Origin: Acidobacteriota bacterium
GTDB lineage: Bacteria > Acidobacteriota > JBCCFW01
NCBI GenBank assembly: GCA_039029535.1
Contig: JBCCFW010000006.1
Coordinates: 26,429-90,428 of the forward strand
DNA: 64,000 nucleotides
Direction: 5' to 3'
Position numbers and translations under genes: made by a program. How positions within the stretch are numbered: the first letter of the stretch is position 1; every line of letters begins with the position of its first letter. The notes beneath the pieces were generated by a model. The model was not told the DNA's origin. It saw only the letters and a program-made list of their open reading frames with translations, and made no database searches. This document shows positions 8,807 to 19,000 of this stretch, in pieces.

Positions 8807-11508
8807 GGACACGGCCCGCCCGCCATGAAGCGGACGGTCCCCATCGAGTCCATGCCGAAGCCCAGCGTGCAGTCCGGCGACTCACAGCGCAGGAGGTAGT
8901 AGAACGCGGGCGGGTAATCGCCCACGGGCGCCGGCAAGGGATCCTCGTCCTCGTAGGTGAGCACGCCGCCGCTGGAGAGCAGGCAGGTGGGAGAGCTCAT
9001 CGCGAGGTCGCGGTTGGTCAGGAGCTGGCCGAGGTCTCCTCGCAGGAGCGACCAGGTCGCGCCAGGCTGAGGCGCCCAACCCCAGTCGGGGTTCCCATCC
9101 GCATCGGCATCGCCGGAAATGCGGAGCTGCAGCGAGGCGACGCTGGAGTTGCGGAAGACCGTGAGATCGCCGGTGGAGCCGGAGCTCACGACGAGCTCGG
9201 CGAGACCGTTGGCATCGAGATCGACGGCAGCCGCGGCCACCGGATCGATGTTGGCGCTGAAGCGCGTGGGCTCCACCGCGAAGACACCACCGCCGACGGC
9301 TTCGAGCACGGCCACGCCGGTGCGCGCCACCAGGACGATGTCGTCGATGTTGTTGCCGGTGAGGTCGGCGGCGAGCAGCGACTGCGTGCCCGAGGTGCCC
9401 GTGAGCGGCATGGGCATGGCGACCAGACCGGTGCCGTCACCGAGGAACAGGAGGACGAAGGACGCCACCGCCATCGCGACGTCGTCTCGCTGACCGTCTC
9501 CGTCGAAGTCACCGAGCACCGCACCGTCGATGCGGAAGCCCATGTCGAAGGGAGTCGGGAGAAGTTGAGCCTGCTCGAGCACGAGGGTCGCGCCCTCGCT
9601 TCGGTAGACGCTGACCTCGGTCCCCGTGCCACCGGCATTGTCGGCGACCACCACCACCTCGTCGGTGAAGCCGTCGACGATGTCGCCCGTGAGATGCGCC
9701 TGATAGCCCTGGAAGCTGGCGATCATGGTCGGCGCACCGAAGGCACCGGCGCCGTCGCCCTCCCGGAGCTGAAGCTCGAACTGACCGATGCCGCCCGAGG
9801 GGATGACCGTCGCGAGATCGAGGGCCGCGGCGCCGACGAGCTCGCCGCTGCGGCTCTCACCACCGAAGCCGAGGCTCATCGCGGGCAGGAAGTCACCACC
9901 CACGCGGCCACGATGAATGGCGTGCGCATCGGCGGCGGTCACGATCACGTCGGGGAAGGCGTCGGCGTCGAAGTTGCCGACCAGGAGCCCGGTGAAGGGA
10001 CCCAGCCCCGAGTCGCTGGCAGCGAGCGCCGGCTGCTGGAAGCCACCGATGCCGTCGGCCGCCAGGACCGAGAAGTCACGACCGCGAACGAGGGCGACGA
10101 GATCGTCGCTCCCCCCTTGCCGACGCACCGCCAGGTTGGACGGGTTGGTGAGCCCCGCCGCGTAGGACCGCCCGGCATCGAAGGTGCCGGCCGTGTTGCG
10201 GAAGAGCGAGAGCCCGCGCGTCGAGTCGAAGTTGACGAGCGCGATGTCGGGAGCCGGATCGGCGTCGAGGTTGGCGACGGCCAGGGAGCGATGGAGCTGA
10301 GTGCCGAGATCGGCAGCCGCGTAATGCACCTGCCCCACGACGTCGAAGCGCGGCGTCGGGGACATCGTGATGCCGGGGAGGATCCACAACCAGTTGAAGC
10401 CCTCCTCGCTGGTCGGGTCGCCCGCGTCCGAGATGATGAGGTCGTCGACGCCGTCGGGGCCTCCCCCGACACGGTTGACGACGTCGGCCAGGACCATCGA
10501 CGAGAAGCGCGTGGGAAGTCGGTCCGCGCCGGCCGAGAGGAAGCCGATCACGTCGGTCTCGGTCGGGGCGCCGAGGCCCGCTGCGAGATCGCTCGGGTAG
10601 AAGAGGAGGTAACCCTCCTCGGTCAACAGCAGCACGTCGGGTGAGCCGTCGGCGTCGAAGTCACGCGTGACCACCGAGGCCGGCGTCTGCACGGAGCCGC
10701 CCGCCATCACGGGGATGAGCCGCAAGGCGTCGTTGCGCACGCTGAACGGGAAGAGGTCGCCGGGCCAGATGACGAGCTGTCGGTTCTGGTTGTCGACGGT
10801 GAGAATGTCGGGAAGGTCGTCGTCGACACCTGGCGAGAGGGCGATGAAGTCACCGATCGCGATGTCGGTCTGCGCGCCGACGGTGGCGCCGGCCGGCAGG
10901 AAGACGTTCACGTCCGAGAAGGTGCCGGCACCCGATCGACCCGCGGTGCGGACGGCACCGTTGGTCGTGCAGGCGAAGAAGTCCGGCATCATGTCGCCGT
11001 CCCAGTCCTCCAGCGCGATGGCCGAGCCGGAGCCGCTGTTGGCGTCCATGTCGGTGGGCGCCCAGCCGCCCGGCCCGTTGGCGAGCGCGAAGAAGCGAGC
11101 GCTCTCCTGGTTCACCCCGACGAGATCGTCCTGCAGGGTGTCCCCGTCGAGGTCGGCCACCGTGAAGTCGGCGGGGTCGTTGCCCAGGGTGGACTGCGTG
11201 CCCATCTCCTCGGCGGTGATGGTGCAGGTTGGGCAGACGGAGAACCGACCGCTGCCGTCGTTCTGCAGGAGAACGATGGTGTTGCTTCCGGAGATGAGGA
11301 CCGCGAGGTCGAGATCCGGCGTGCCCGGCGGAGTGGACGTGGCGTTGAAGAAGTCCGCGGCCAGAACCGCCGTGGCCCCAGCGCCGACTTCGTCGAGGTC
11401 GGTGCGACCGACCAGAGACACCTCCGCCCAAGAGCTCTCGGCGACGATCGCGACCAGCGCGACCACGAGCACTCCACGGGCCCACACGCTCGATGGCTCA
11501 GCGTGCAT
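8803..11508 (-). CDS. Secreted FG-GAP/VCBS-repeat protein, tandem paralog of 6089-8806
   Basis: Signal peptide (SSWA-E); collinear with its neighbour (DDLVGxNxxSARFF; DGVDDLxxxDAGD; NWxWIxPG); ATGA coupling; ends GGPCP. Confidence 0.85.
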   Translation of the reverse strand: MHAEPSSVWARGVLVVALVAIVAESSWAEVSLVGRTDLDEVGAGATAVLAADFFNATSTPPGTPDLDLAVLISGSNTIVLLQNDGSGRFSVCPTCTITAEEMGTQSTLGNDPADFTVADLDGDTLQDDLVGVNQESARFFALANGPGGWAPTDMDANSGSGSAIALEDWDGDMMPDFFACTTNGAVRTAGRSGAGTFSDVNVFLPAGATVGAQTDIAIGDFIALSPGVDDDLPDILTVDNQNRQLVIWPGDLFPFSVRNDALRLIPVMAGGSVQTPASVVTRDFDADGSPDVLLLTEEGYLLFYPSDLAAGLGAPTETDVIGFLSAGADRLPTRFSSMVLADVVNRVGGGPDGVDDLIISDAGDPTSEEGFNWLWILPGITMSPTPRFDVVGQVHYAAADLGTQLHRSLAVANLDADPAPDIALVNFDSTRGLSLFRNTAGTFDAGRSYAAGLTNPSNLAVRRQGGSDDLVALVRGRDFSVLAADGIGGFQQPALAASDSGLGPFTGLLVGNFDADAFPDVIVTAADAHAIHRGRVGGDFLPAMSLGFGGESRSGELVGAAALDLATVIPSGGIGQFELQLREGDGAGAFGAPTMIASFQGYQAHLTGDIVDGFTDEVVVVADNAGGTGTEVSVYRSEGATLVLEQAQLLPTPFDMGFRIDGAVLGDFDGDGQRDDVAMAVASFVLLFLGDGTGLVAMPMPLTGTSGTQSLLAADLTGNNIDDIVLVARTGVAVLEAVGGGVFAVEPTRFSANIDPVAAAAVDLDANGLAELVVSSGSTGDLTVFRNSSVASLQLRISGDADADGNPDWGWAPQPGATWSLLRGDLGQLLTNRDLAMSSPTCLLSSGGVLTYEDEDPLPAPVGDYPPAFYYLLRCESPDCTLGFGMDSMGTVRFMAGGPCP

Positions 11509-11730
11509 GGCTACCTACCTTCCCGTTCCGGAGGGGCGGGCTCCCCTGGCCACGCCGCATCTCCGAAATTCTTGCCCTGTCCCACGAATCATGTCACTTC
11601 GCCACCCCTCACAGCACCGTCTGGTCGACGGATCACGGGCGGGCGCAGCGACGTCCCGAACGAGAATCTAGGCCGTCTCGCGGCCCCTGACCGTTCTCCT
11701 GACCGAGCAGCGAGGTCCGTTCGAGGTGAC

Positions 11731-13083
11731 TCAGGCCTCTCCAGGAGCCTCGTCGTCGCCGGTGGGCTCAGCTCCAGGCTCAGCCTCGTCCCCGACCTCG
11801 GGCTCGTCCTGGGGCTCTTCGTCCGGCGGGAGCTGGACGGGGAGCTCCGTGAGCTGACGCGAGACCTGCTGCACGGTCGTGACGAGGTCGGTGAGCCGAG
11901 AGCCCAGGGTCTCCCCGTGGGCGACCAGGCGCGACTCCCGCACGCGGAGACGGCTGATCTCGCGCTCGGCGCGCTGCGTCTCCTCGGCGTGCTCCGACTC
12001 CACCTCGGACTGTTGGGAGCGGAGGATCGCGACCTGCTTGATCTGCCGCTGGGCCTCGTGGGAAGCGGTGTCGCGCTCCTCCTCGAGACGGCTCCGGCTC
12101 TCCTCGAGAGCTTCGAGCCGGCGCTCCGCGTCGTCGAGACGACGGGCCAGGTCCTTCTTTTCCCGCTCGTGGCTGGCCGCCGACTGGAGCGCCTCGTCGA
12201 GCTCGGTCGTGAGGGCGGCGTTCTTCTGCTCGTGGAGCTTGGTCTCGCGCTCCAGCGTCTCACTGACGTGCTCGGCGCCGTGCTTGAGCTCGTCGCGTTC
12301 GCCGGTGAGCGCCTCGAGCTGGACCTCGAGCTCACCCCGCCGCTGCAGCAGGTGCTCTTCCCGCGCACGCAGCCGATCGAGCTCTTCCTCCGCGGTGGTG
12401 GCTCGCTCCTTGACGTTGGCGAGCTCCTCCCGGAGCGAGAGCTCCTGATCGCTCAGCTTCTTGTTGAGGTCGGCGACGGTCGCGCTGAGCTGGGAGATGA
12501 GGTCGTTCTTGCGCGAGACCTCGGAGCGCATCGAGGTGAGCTGCTCGTCGAGCGCCTCGGCACGCCCGCGCGACGGGACACCGGCGCCGGTGCGGAGCGC
12601 CGACTTGAGCTCGTTCTCGATCTCGTGCCACTCCTCCAGGAGTCCCTCGCCCGACGGCGTGCCGCCGACGGTCTCGGAGAAGGACTCCATCCGGGAGATG
12701 GCTGCCTGGAGCTGCTCGCCGACGACCTCTTCCCCCTCGGCCTGAAGGGCGCCGAGCAACCCTCCCTCGGGCTCGGACGGCGGTCCGTCCGGCGCGGGAG
12801 GGTTGACGTCGGGGATCGGCAGGGGCGCCGAGACGGTCATCGGGTCGTCGTCGAGAGGCGCTGGCGCCGGCGGGCCGGCCGCCTGCCCTTCGTCGACACC
12901 CTGGGATCCGGCGTCTCGCAGCGACCCGAGCAGGTCGCCTCCCTCGTCGGAGTCCTGACCGGAGAGGTTGGCCACGGCACCTTCGCTGTCGGCGCGCAGC
13001 TCACCGAGGAGGTTGTCGCCCTCGGAGTGCTGGTCGCCTCCGGCGCCCGGCTGCTGGCCCTTCTGCTCGTCCTGAGTCGCCAT
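11731..13083 (-). CDS. Acidic disordered plus long coiled-coil protein of unknown function
   Basis: E/R/L-rich heptad-like region of more than 200 aa flanked by P/E/D-rich ends; start taken at MATQDEQ. Confidence 0.7.
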   Translation of the reverse strand: MATQDEQKGQQPGAGGDQHSEGDNLLGELRADSEGAVANLSGQDSDEGGDLLGSLRDAGSQGVDEGQAAGPPAPAPLDDDPMTVSAPLPIPDVNPPAPDGPPSEPEGGLLGALQAEGEEVVGEQLQAAISRMESFSETVGGTPSGEGLLEEWHEIENELKSALRTGAGVPSRGRAEALDEQLTSMRSEVSRKNDLISQLSATVADLNKKLSDQELSLREELANVKERATTAEEELDRLRAREEHLLQRRGELEVQLEALTGERDELKHGAEHVSETLERETKLHEQKNAALTTELDEALQSAASHEREKKDLARRLDDAERRLEALEESRSRLEEERDTASHEAQRQIKQVAILRSQQSEVESEHAEETQRAEREISRLRVRESRLVAHGETLGSRLTDLVTTVQQVSRQLTELPVQLPPDEEPQDEPEVGDEAEPGAEPTGDDEAPGEA

Positions 13084-13190
13084 CCCGAATCTCGAGCCTC
13101 CAGCCCTCATGTTAGCATTTCGGCCCCGATTCTCCTTCTTTGGAGTCTGCGCCACGGGGTCCGCGCGGATCCTGGAGCCCCCATTTCACC

Positions 13191-13742
13191 GTGAACGCGC
13201 TCGACGTGGCGATCGTCGCCATCGCCTGCATCCCCACGCTGATCGGGCTCGCCAAGGGCCTGGTGAACGTCGGGACGGCCCTGGTCGGCACCTGGGCGGC
13301 CTTCCTGCTCGCCCCCCTCATCGCCTCCCTCCTGCACGGCCCCCTGCGCTCGGCGCTAGGTCACGAGGGGCTGGCGGAGGTTCTCGCCTACGCGGCGGGA
13401 TTCGTCACCGTGCTGCTGGCCGTCGGCGTGGCGGGCTGGCTCCTGACTCGGTCGCTCAAGAAGCTCGACCTCAACTGGGTGAACCGACTCGGCGGCGCCT
13501 TCCTGGGCCTGGCCTGCGGCATCCTGCTCTCGGGCGTGCTCGTCGCGGCGGTGAATTACGTGGGCCCCTCGTCGGCCCTTCGCCAGGGCTCGGTCCTCGC
13601 GGGGCCACTGACCTTCGTCACCGGCTGGCTCGTCCGCTTGCCCGAACGCCAGACCGAGGGCGAGGCGGAACCGTCGGACGGCGGGACCGAGGAGGGCGCG
13701 CCTGCCTCGACCCCGGCCACTGCACCCGCGACGGGCGGTTGA
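13191..13742 (+). CDS. cvpA: CvpA family membrane protein
   Basis: MNALDVAIV...GLAKGLV; LNWVNRLGGAFLGLACG. Confidence 0.88.
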   Translation: MNALDVAIVAIACIPTLIGLAKGLVNVGTALVGTWAAFLLAPLIASLLHGPLRSALGHEGLAEVLAYAAGFVTVLLAVGVAGWLLTRSLKKLDLNWVNRLGGAFLGLACGILLSGVLVAAVNYVGPSSALRQGSVLAGPLTFVTGWLVRLPERQTEGEAEPSDGGTEEGAPASTPATAPATGG

Positions 13743-13851
13743 TCGGCCTCGCCCCCGCCCTGGTTCCCTCGCGAACGGGGCGGCATGATGACGAGGCGGT
13801 TCGGGTCGCCTCCACTTTCCAGCGACGCCCCGTCCGCTCAGGCCGTCGCCC

Positions 13852-14937
13852 GTGACCCAGCGACCGCGAAACCACCTCGTCGTCAAGCTCTTCCCGTCCC
13901 TGCCTCGAGCAGGCTTCGGGGGACGCTGGCTGACCCAGTGGCTGGAGCGGAACTTCTTCTACCGGGAGTACCGCTTCACGCCCTGGAAGTCCGCCCTGGT
14001 CGTCCTTGGGCTGCTGCTGGGCGTGACCTGGTGCGTGGTGTCCCTGCTCTTCAGCTGGCTGGCTCTCGAGCGGGCCGAGGCCCTGCGACTCGACGTGGTC
14101 CAGCGTCAGCAGCAGGCGCGCGACGCCCGCTGGGAGGCAGCCCTCGCCCGACGCGATGCCGCCGTGCTGGAGGCGCGACTGGCCCCCCTCGACGACCGTG
14201 TCCAGCGGCTCTCGCGGCTGGGTCGCGACCTCGCGATCATCACGGGGATGGACGACCTCGCCGCCGAGCTCGACGACGCGATCCACGCGGAGCAGCCCGA
14301 GGATCGCGCCATCGCCGATGCCCAGCTCTCCCTGGAAGAGCTCGAGCAGCGCTACGACCGGCTGTCGGCCCATGCCGACAACCTCGAGTTCGAGCTCGCG
14401 CACACGCCCTCGATCTCGCCGCTGGACCCCGGGTTCGTGCCGACCGACCGCTACGGCTACCGCGTCCTGCGGGGGCTCATGGCAGCGTCGGGTGGGAAGA
14501 GCCGGCAGTTCCACGCGGGCCTGGACCTCGCCGCCCCCACCGGCACGCCGGTCCACGCGACCGCCGACGGCACGGTGCACTACGCCGGCCGGGTGTCCCG
14601 CAAGCAGAACGCCCGGGTCGCCAACTACGGCAACTTCGTCGTCCTCGACCATGGGAACGGAATCCGCACGGTCTACGCCCACTGCGACCGCCTGGCGGCC
14701 GAATCCGGGGCGGAGGTCCGGCGTGGCGACCTCATCGGCTGGGTCGGCTCGACGGGACGCTCGACCGGCCCGCACCTGCACTACGAGGTCATCGTGGACG
14801 GCCGGCCCCAGGACCCCGAGCTCTTCATCCTCGACATCGACATCCCCGGCCGGCGGGTGAAGGTCGAGCGCGATACCAGCCCCTCTCCCATCATGGAGGA
14901 GGTTGATAGACTCTTGCCCCCCGGCGGAGGCAAGTAG
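13852..14937 (+). CDS. M23 family peptidoglycan endopeptidase with TM and coiled coil
   Basis: HAGLD (HxxxD), YAHC, GSTGRSTGPHLHYEV. Confidence 0.93.
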   Translation: MTQRPRNHLVVKLFPSLPRAGFGGRWLTQWLERNFFYREYRFTPWKSALVVLGLLLGVTWCVVSLLFSWLALERAEALRLDVVQRQQQARDARWEAALARRDAAVLEARLAPLDDRVQRLSRLGRDLAIITGMDDLAAELDDAIHAEQPEDRAIADAQLSLEELEQRYDRLSAHADNLEFELAHTPSISPLDPGFVPTDRYGYRVLRGLMAASGGKSRQFHAGLDLAAPTGTPVHATADGTVHYAGRVSRKQNARVANYGNFVVLDHGNGIRTVYAHCDRLAAESGAEVRRGDLIGWVGSTGRSTGPHLHYEVIVDGRPQDPELFILDIDIPGRRVKVERDTSPSPIMEEVDRLLPPGGGK

Positions 14938-14960
14938 CCCGGCTTTCGAGAGGCTCCCCC

Positions 14961-15695
14961 ATGGCAGACGAACGCTCTCAGACCCTGGACATTCCCGAGG
15001 GAACCAGCTTCGAGTTCAAGGACGGCAAGCTGATCTTCGGGCACGAGTCCGACATCTACATCCGGACCAACCTGGGCGGCTACAAGTTCGCCAAGATCTT
15101 CTCGAAGCACGGCTCGGTCCGCGTGCTCCCGCCCCAGGGCGTGGAGTTCGAGGTCGACGAGATCGAGGCCCTCGAGGGCGACGTCCAGGTCGACGGCTTC
15201 GTGCGGGTGCAGACGGCGCGCTCCGCGTCGATCACCTTCCACGAAGGGCGTCTCACCGCCGACCGTCTCGAGGCGACGCAGGGCATCGTCCTCGATGGCG
15301 GCACCGTCTCGGTGCTGCACGCCAAGGCGCCTTCGGTGAACATCGGCGAGAAGACCGAGGGCACCTGCCTGGTGGTCGAGTCCGACAAGCCCATGGGTCC
15401 CGTCCGCGTGCACGGTGGGTTCGGCAGCATCGACGAGGCGAAGAAGCTCTTCGATCGCTTCGCAGGCCTCGGCAGCGCGAGCAGCAGCAGCGGCGGAAGC
15501 GCGAGCAGCAGCAGCGCTCCGGCCACGCCGGCGGCCTCGGCCGAGACGACCTCGGGTCAGTCTGGCAAGCCCCTGGAGAGCACCCAGGAGATCCCGGCCC
15601 AGGCCATCGCCCAGGCCGTCCAGGCCGACAAGCCCGCCGAGCCGACCTCGACTCCGCCGCTCCCGAAGTCCTCGGTGTTCAGGAAGAGAAAGTAA
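14961..15695 (+). CDS. Hypothetical protein, possible bactofilin-like beta-helix with a low-complexity tail
   Basis: Short V/I-x-V/I-x-G strands (GDVQVDGFVRV...ITFHEGRLTA...IVLDGGTVSV...VNIGE); directly downstream of the M23 gene. Confidence 0.5.
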   Translation: MADERSQTLDIPEGTSFEFKDGKLIFGHESDIYIRTNLGGYKFAKIFSKHGSVRVLPPQGVEFEVDEIEALEGDVQVDGFVRVQTARSASITFHEGRLTADRLEATQGIVLDGGTVSVLHAKAPSVNIGEKTEGTCLVVESDKPMGPVRVHGGFGSIDEAKKLFDRFAGLGSASSSSGGSASSSSAPATPAASAETTSGQSGKPLESTQEIPAQAIAQAVQADKPAEPTSTPPLPKSSVFRKRK

Positions 15696-15725
15696 GCGAG
15701 TCGACGCCGACCACTACCCGGAAGC

Positions 15726-16054
15726 TCCTCGCAACGAAATCGCGAGGAGCGCCGGTGCGTCGGATTCGGCCATGAGCCGAGCGAGCGAGCCGAGGTCCCG
15801 TCCGTTTGGATCCGAGGAATGAGGCTACGCCGGTAGTTGAGGGCGAGCGAGTCGAGAGCGAAGGCCCGAGGACGGCGTGCCGCCGCCCTTCGCGCTCACG
15901 TGTAGCTGAGGATCCTCGCAACGGAATCGCGAGGAGCGCCGGTACGTCGGATTCGGCCATGAGCCGAGCGAGCGAGCCGCAGGCTACGCCGGTAGCTGAG
16001 GACGAGCGAGTCGAGAGCGAAGGGCCGAAGACGGCGTGCCGCCGCCCTCGCGAT
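15726..16054. repeat. Cluster B of the same palindromic element family (two tandem copies, about 15726-15894 and 15913-16054)
   Basis: GAGGAGCGCCGGT(G/A)CGTCGGATTCGGCCATGAGCCGAGCGAGCGAGCC...GGCTACGCCGGTAG...CGAGTCGAGAGCGAAGG...GACGGCGTGCCGCCGCCC occurs twice; the first copy carries an insertion of about 28 nt; lies between convergent genes. Confidence 0.87.
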
Positions 16055-19000
16055 CACTTGATGATCTTGGTGACCAGCAATTCGGCCGTCAGATCACCCT
16101 CCAGCTCGGGGTGATCGCTCGACGACAGCACGGTGCCGACGCCGAAGGTGACGAAGGTGCCCCAGGGGCCGGGGACCGTGCCGGAGACGCCGGCGCCGAC
16201 GTGGTCGCTCCACTCGCGGGCGTCCGGTCCGACGCTGGTCACGCCCTGACGGTCCCGCGTCCGCGCCAGGCCGATCTCGCCCGACACGCCGAAGCGGCCG
16301 AAGAGGTCCAGCCCGTACGACAGGTCCACCATGGCCAGGTCGTCGAAGTGCAGGCCCGAGCCGCCGAAGCCCGGGAGGTTGGGCTCACCGAACGAGCGGA
16401 ACTGATGCTGGCTGAAGCGATCGAGCGAGCTGCCGCTGCGCCAGGCGGCTCCTACCGAGAGGCGCTGCGCAGCCGGTAGCAGCCACACGCCCTCGATGGA
16501 TGCGCCGTAGCGCCAGTAGGAGTCCGGGCTCTCGGTGAGACCACTGCCGTCGTCGATGCCCCAGGGCTCCCAGTCGAGACGATGTCCTCGCTCGACGAAG
16601 GTCTTGAGCTCGATCGAGTCTCGACGCCATTCACCGTTGAGCCGCAAGCGAGCGACGAGCCCGTCCTCCGGCAAGACGAAGGCCGGGTCGGTGTCGTCGG
16701 TGTCGCTCCAGTTCTCGTGCTCGAGACGCAGGGCGAGACCGAGACGCCCCCCCTGCCCCATGGCTCGCGACACGCCGACCTCGAGATGCGGCCGCCGCGC
16801 CTTGACCCGCAGCGCGTCGATCGTGCCCTCGCCCTGACGACGCAAGCGATCGCTGCGCGCGATGAAAGGAGCGAAGAGCTCGGCGTTGGCCTCGAAGCGC
16901 GAGTTGCCGATCTGAGGATCGGAGAGCGTGATCGTGTTGATGGCGCCGGCGAGGAAGGCATTGAGCTGCCAGCCCTTCCCACGGAAGTCGTGGTCGAGCC
17001 AGTTCACGCCCGCCAAGGGGAGCACGCCGGAGTAACCGGGGTCGTAGCGAGCCCCCGCGATCGCCAGGATCTTGCGCGTCGACGGATCGGACAGCTCCCG
17101 CTGGCCCTCCTCGTTCTTGCGCAGGTAGCGGAAGCCCTCCTCGGTGTCGCGCAGCACCTGATTGTCGGACGCCATGACCTCCGCGCGAACCCGGGCGAAG
17201 TCCGACGGGTTGAGCCGGTGGTCGCTGTAGTCCTGACGCATGTCGATGACCACCGTCGCACCGATGATGGTCACCGCTCGCTGGATCTCCGAGTGCGTGA
17301 TGACCATGACGTCGTCGCCTTCTGGCGTGGTCATGGTCTCGAAGTAGTCCGTGCGCTGATCGGACAGCAGTGGCGCCTCGAGCCCTTCCTCGACCGACTT
17401 CACGCGGAGACGCTGGAAGGTCACCGCATCGATCCAGATCGTCCCCTGCACGCGACGCGACTGCGTGGCCAGGGGCTCGAAGGACACCTTGAAGGCCGCA
17501 CGATCGGAGACCGTCTCGCGTCCGAGCAAGCGGTACTGGTAGTGCTTGTCGAGGTACACGCCGAGCGGCGCGACGGTCACCTTCTCCGGCTGCAGCAGCG
17601 GAAGCTCGGGGAGCTTGTTCTTGCCCTTGAGAGGTGCGCCGTTGACGAAGTATTGCCGGTTCTCAACCTCGCGGAGCCCGTCCTCTTCGAGGTAGCCACC
17701 GTCGATGCGCACCTCGATGGCCCGACCCGAGCCGCCCAGGCGGTAGCGCATCTGCGTCGAGAGCTCGGCGGTCCAGCGTGAGAGCGCTCGCTGCTCGCGA
17801 GCCTGCACGCGCAGGTAGCGCGACATGACCTCGTCGACCGTCCACTCGCGCTCGGACGCGACGGCGATGTCCTCGTCGAGATCGTCTAAGCGCTCGCGTC
17901 GAGCGAGCTCGAGGACCAGCGGTCGATCGGCCAGCTCGAGTCGCAGTCGCGAGCGGTCCTCGGCGTCGATGCGCAGCAAGCCGGGCAGTCGCCCCGAGCG
18001 CTCCCCGGCCGGATCGTGAAGTCGGGGGTCGTCGAGCGCGGAGGAGGAGAAGTGCAGGACCACCGCGTCCGGTCCGCCAGCGGCTGGCTGGACCACGATG
18101 CGCGAGGAGAGGTCGGGCAGCACCCAGCGCTGCCACGTCACGCCGCCGGCAGGCTCGACGCGGACGAAGGGCTCACCCACCTCGACGGCCGGTCGGGCCT
18201 CCGGCGGCAGGGCGTTGCCCAGCACCGCCAGGCCGGCGAGCTCGTCCTCGCTCAGCGTGCTGGCCGAGAGCACCGCCAGCTCGGGCCCCGTGCCGAGCAG
18301 CTCGAGGGCCGCGCGCCAGGCCTCACCGGCACCGGCGGCAGTCCGCTCGACGTGGGCTGCCGTGCCGTCCTCCCGGGCCAGGAGCGAGCGAATCGACGCC
18401 CGCGAGCCGGCGTCGAGCCCCGCGTGGACGTACCCGGCCAGGAAGGGAGCGACGCCCTGGGCGAGCAGCTCCTGCTGACGGGCCAGGGGATCGCCGGCGA
18501 CTGGGACCGCGCCGGCCCAGGTCGGCAGGCGCGGGTCGCCGGCGGCCACCGCCAGCGAGGTCTTCTTGAGGAGGAAGGCCTGCTCCTTGACGCCGGGGGC
18601 GGTCGCATCGGCGGCCCAGCCAGTGGCCACGATGGCCACGGGGATCTCGAGCTTCGAGCAACGTCCGGCCAGCTCGGTGACGAAGTCGTCCCAGCCTGCC
18701 TGCTCGCCGGCCACCAGCGGGCTGTCGTGGCCCTCGGGCGTGGGCCCCACGACCTCGAAGAGCAGGCCGGAGAGCCCCTCCTCGGCCACCCGCGTGAGTC
18801 GGTCGACGGCGTCCCAGTCGCGGAGCCCGGGCAGTGCTTCGATCTCGTTCCAGGGCACGCGGACCCAGAGGGTCGGCGAGCGCTCCTCACCCGGGCTCAG
18901 GGCCGCCAGGTCGGAGGCGACGGCGACGGCGCGGCCGAGCTCGGTCGAGAGCGCCAGGCCCCGCGGGCCTTCCTTTCGCTCCGCCGAGTCTTGGGCCGTC

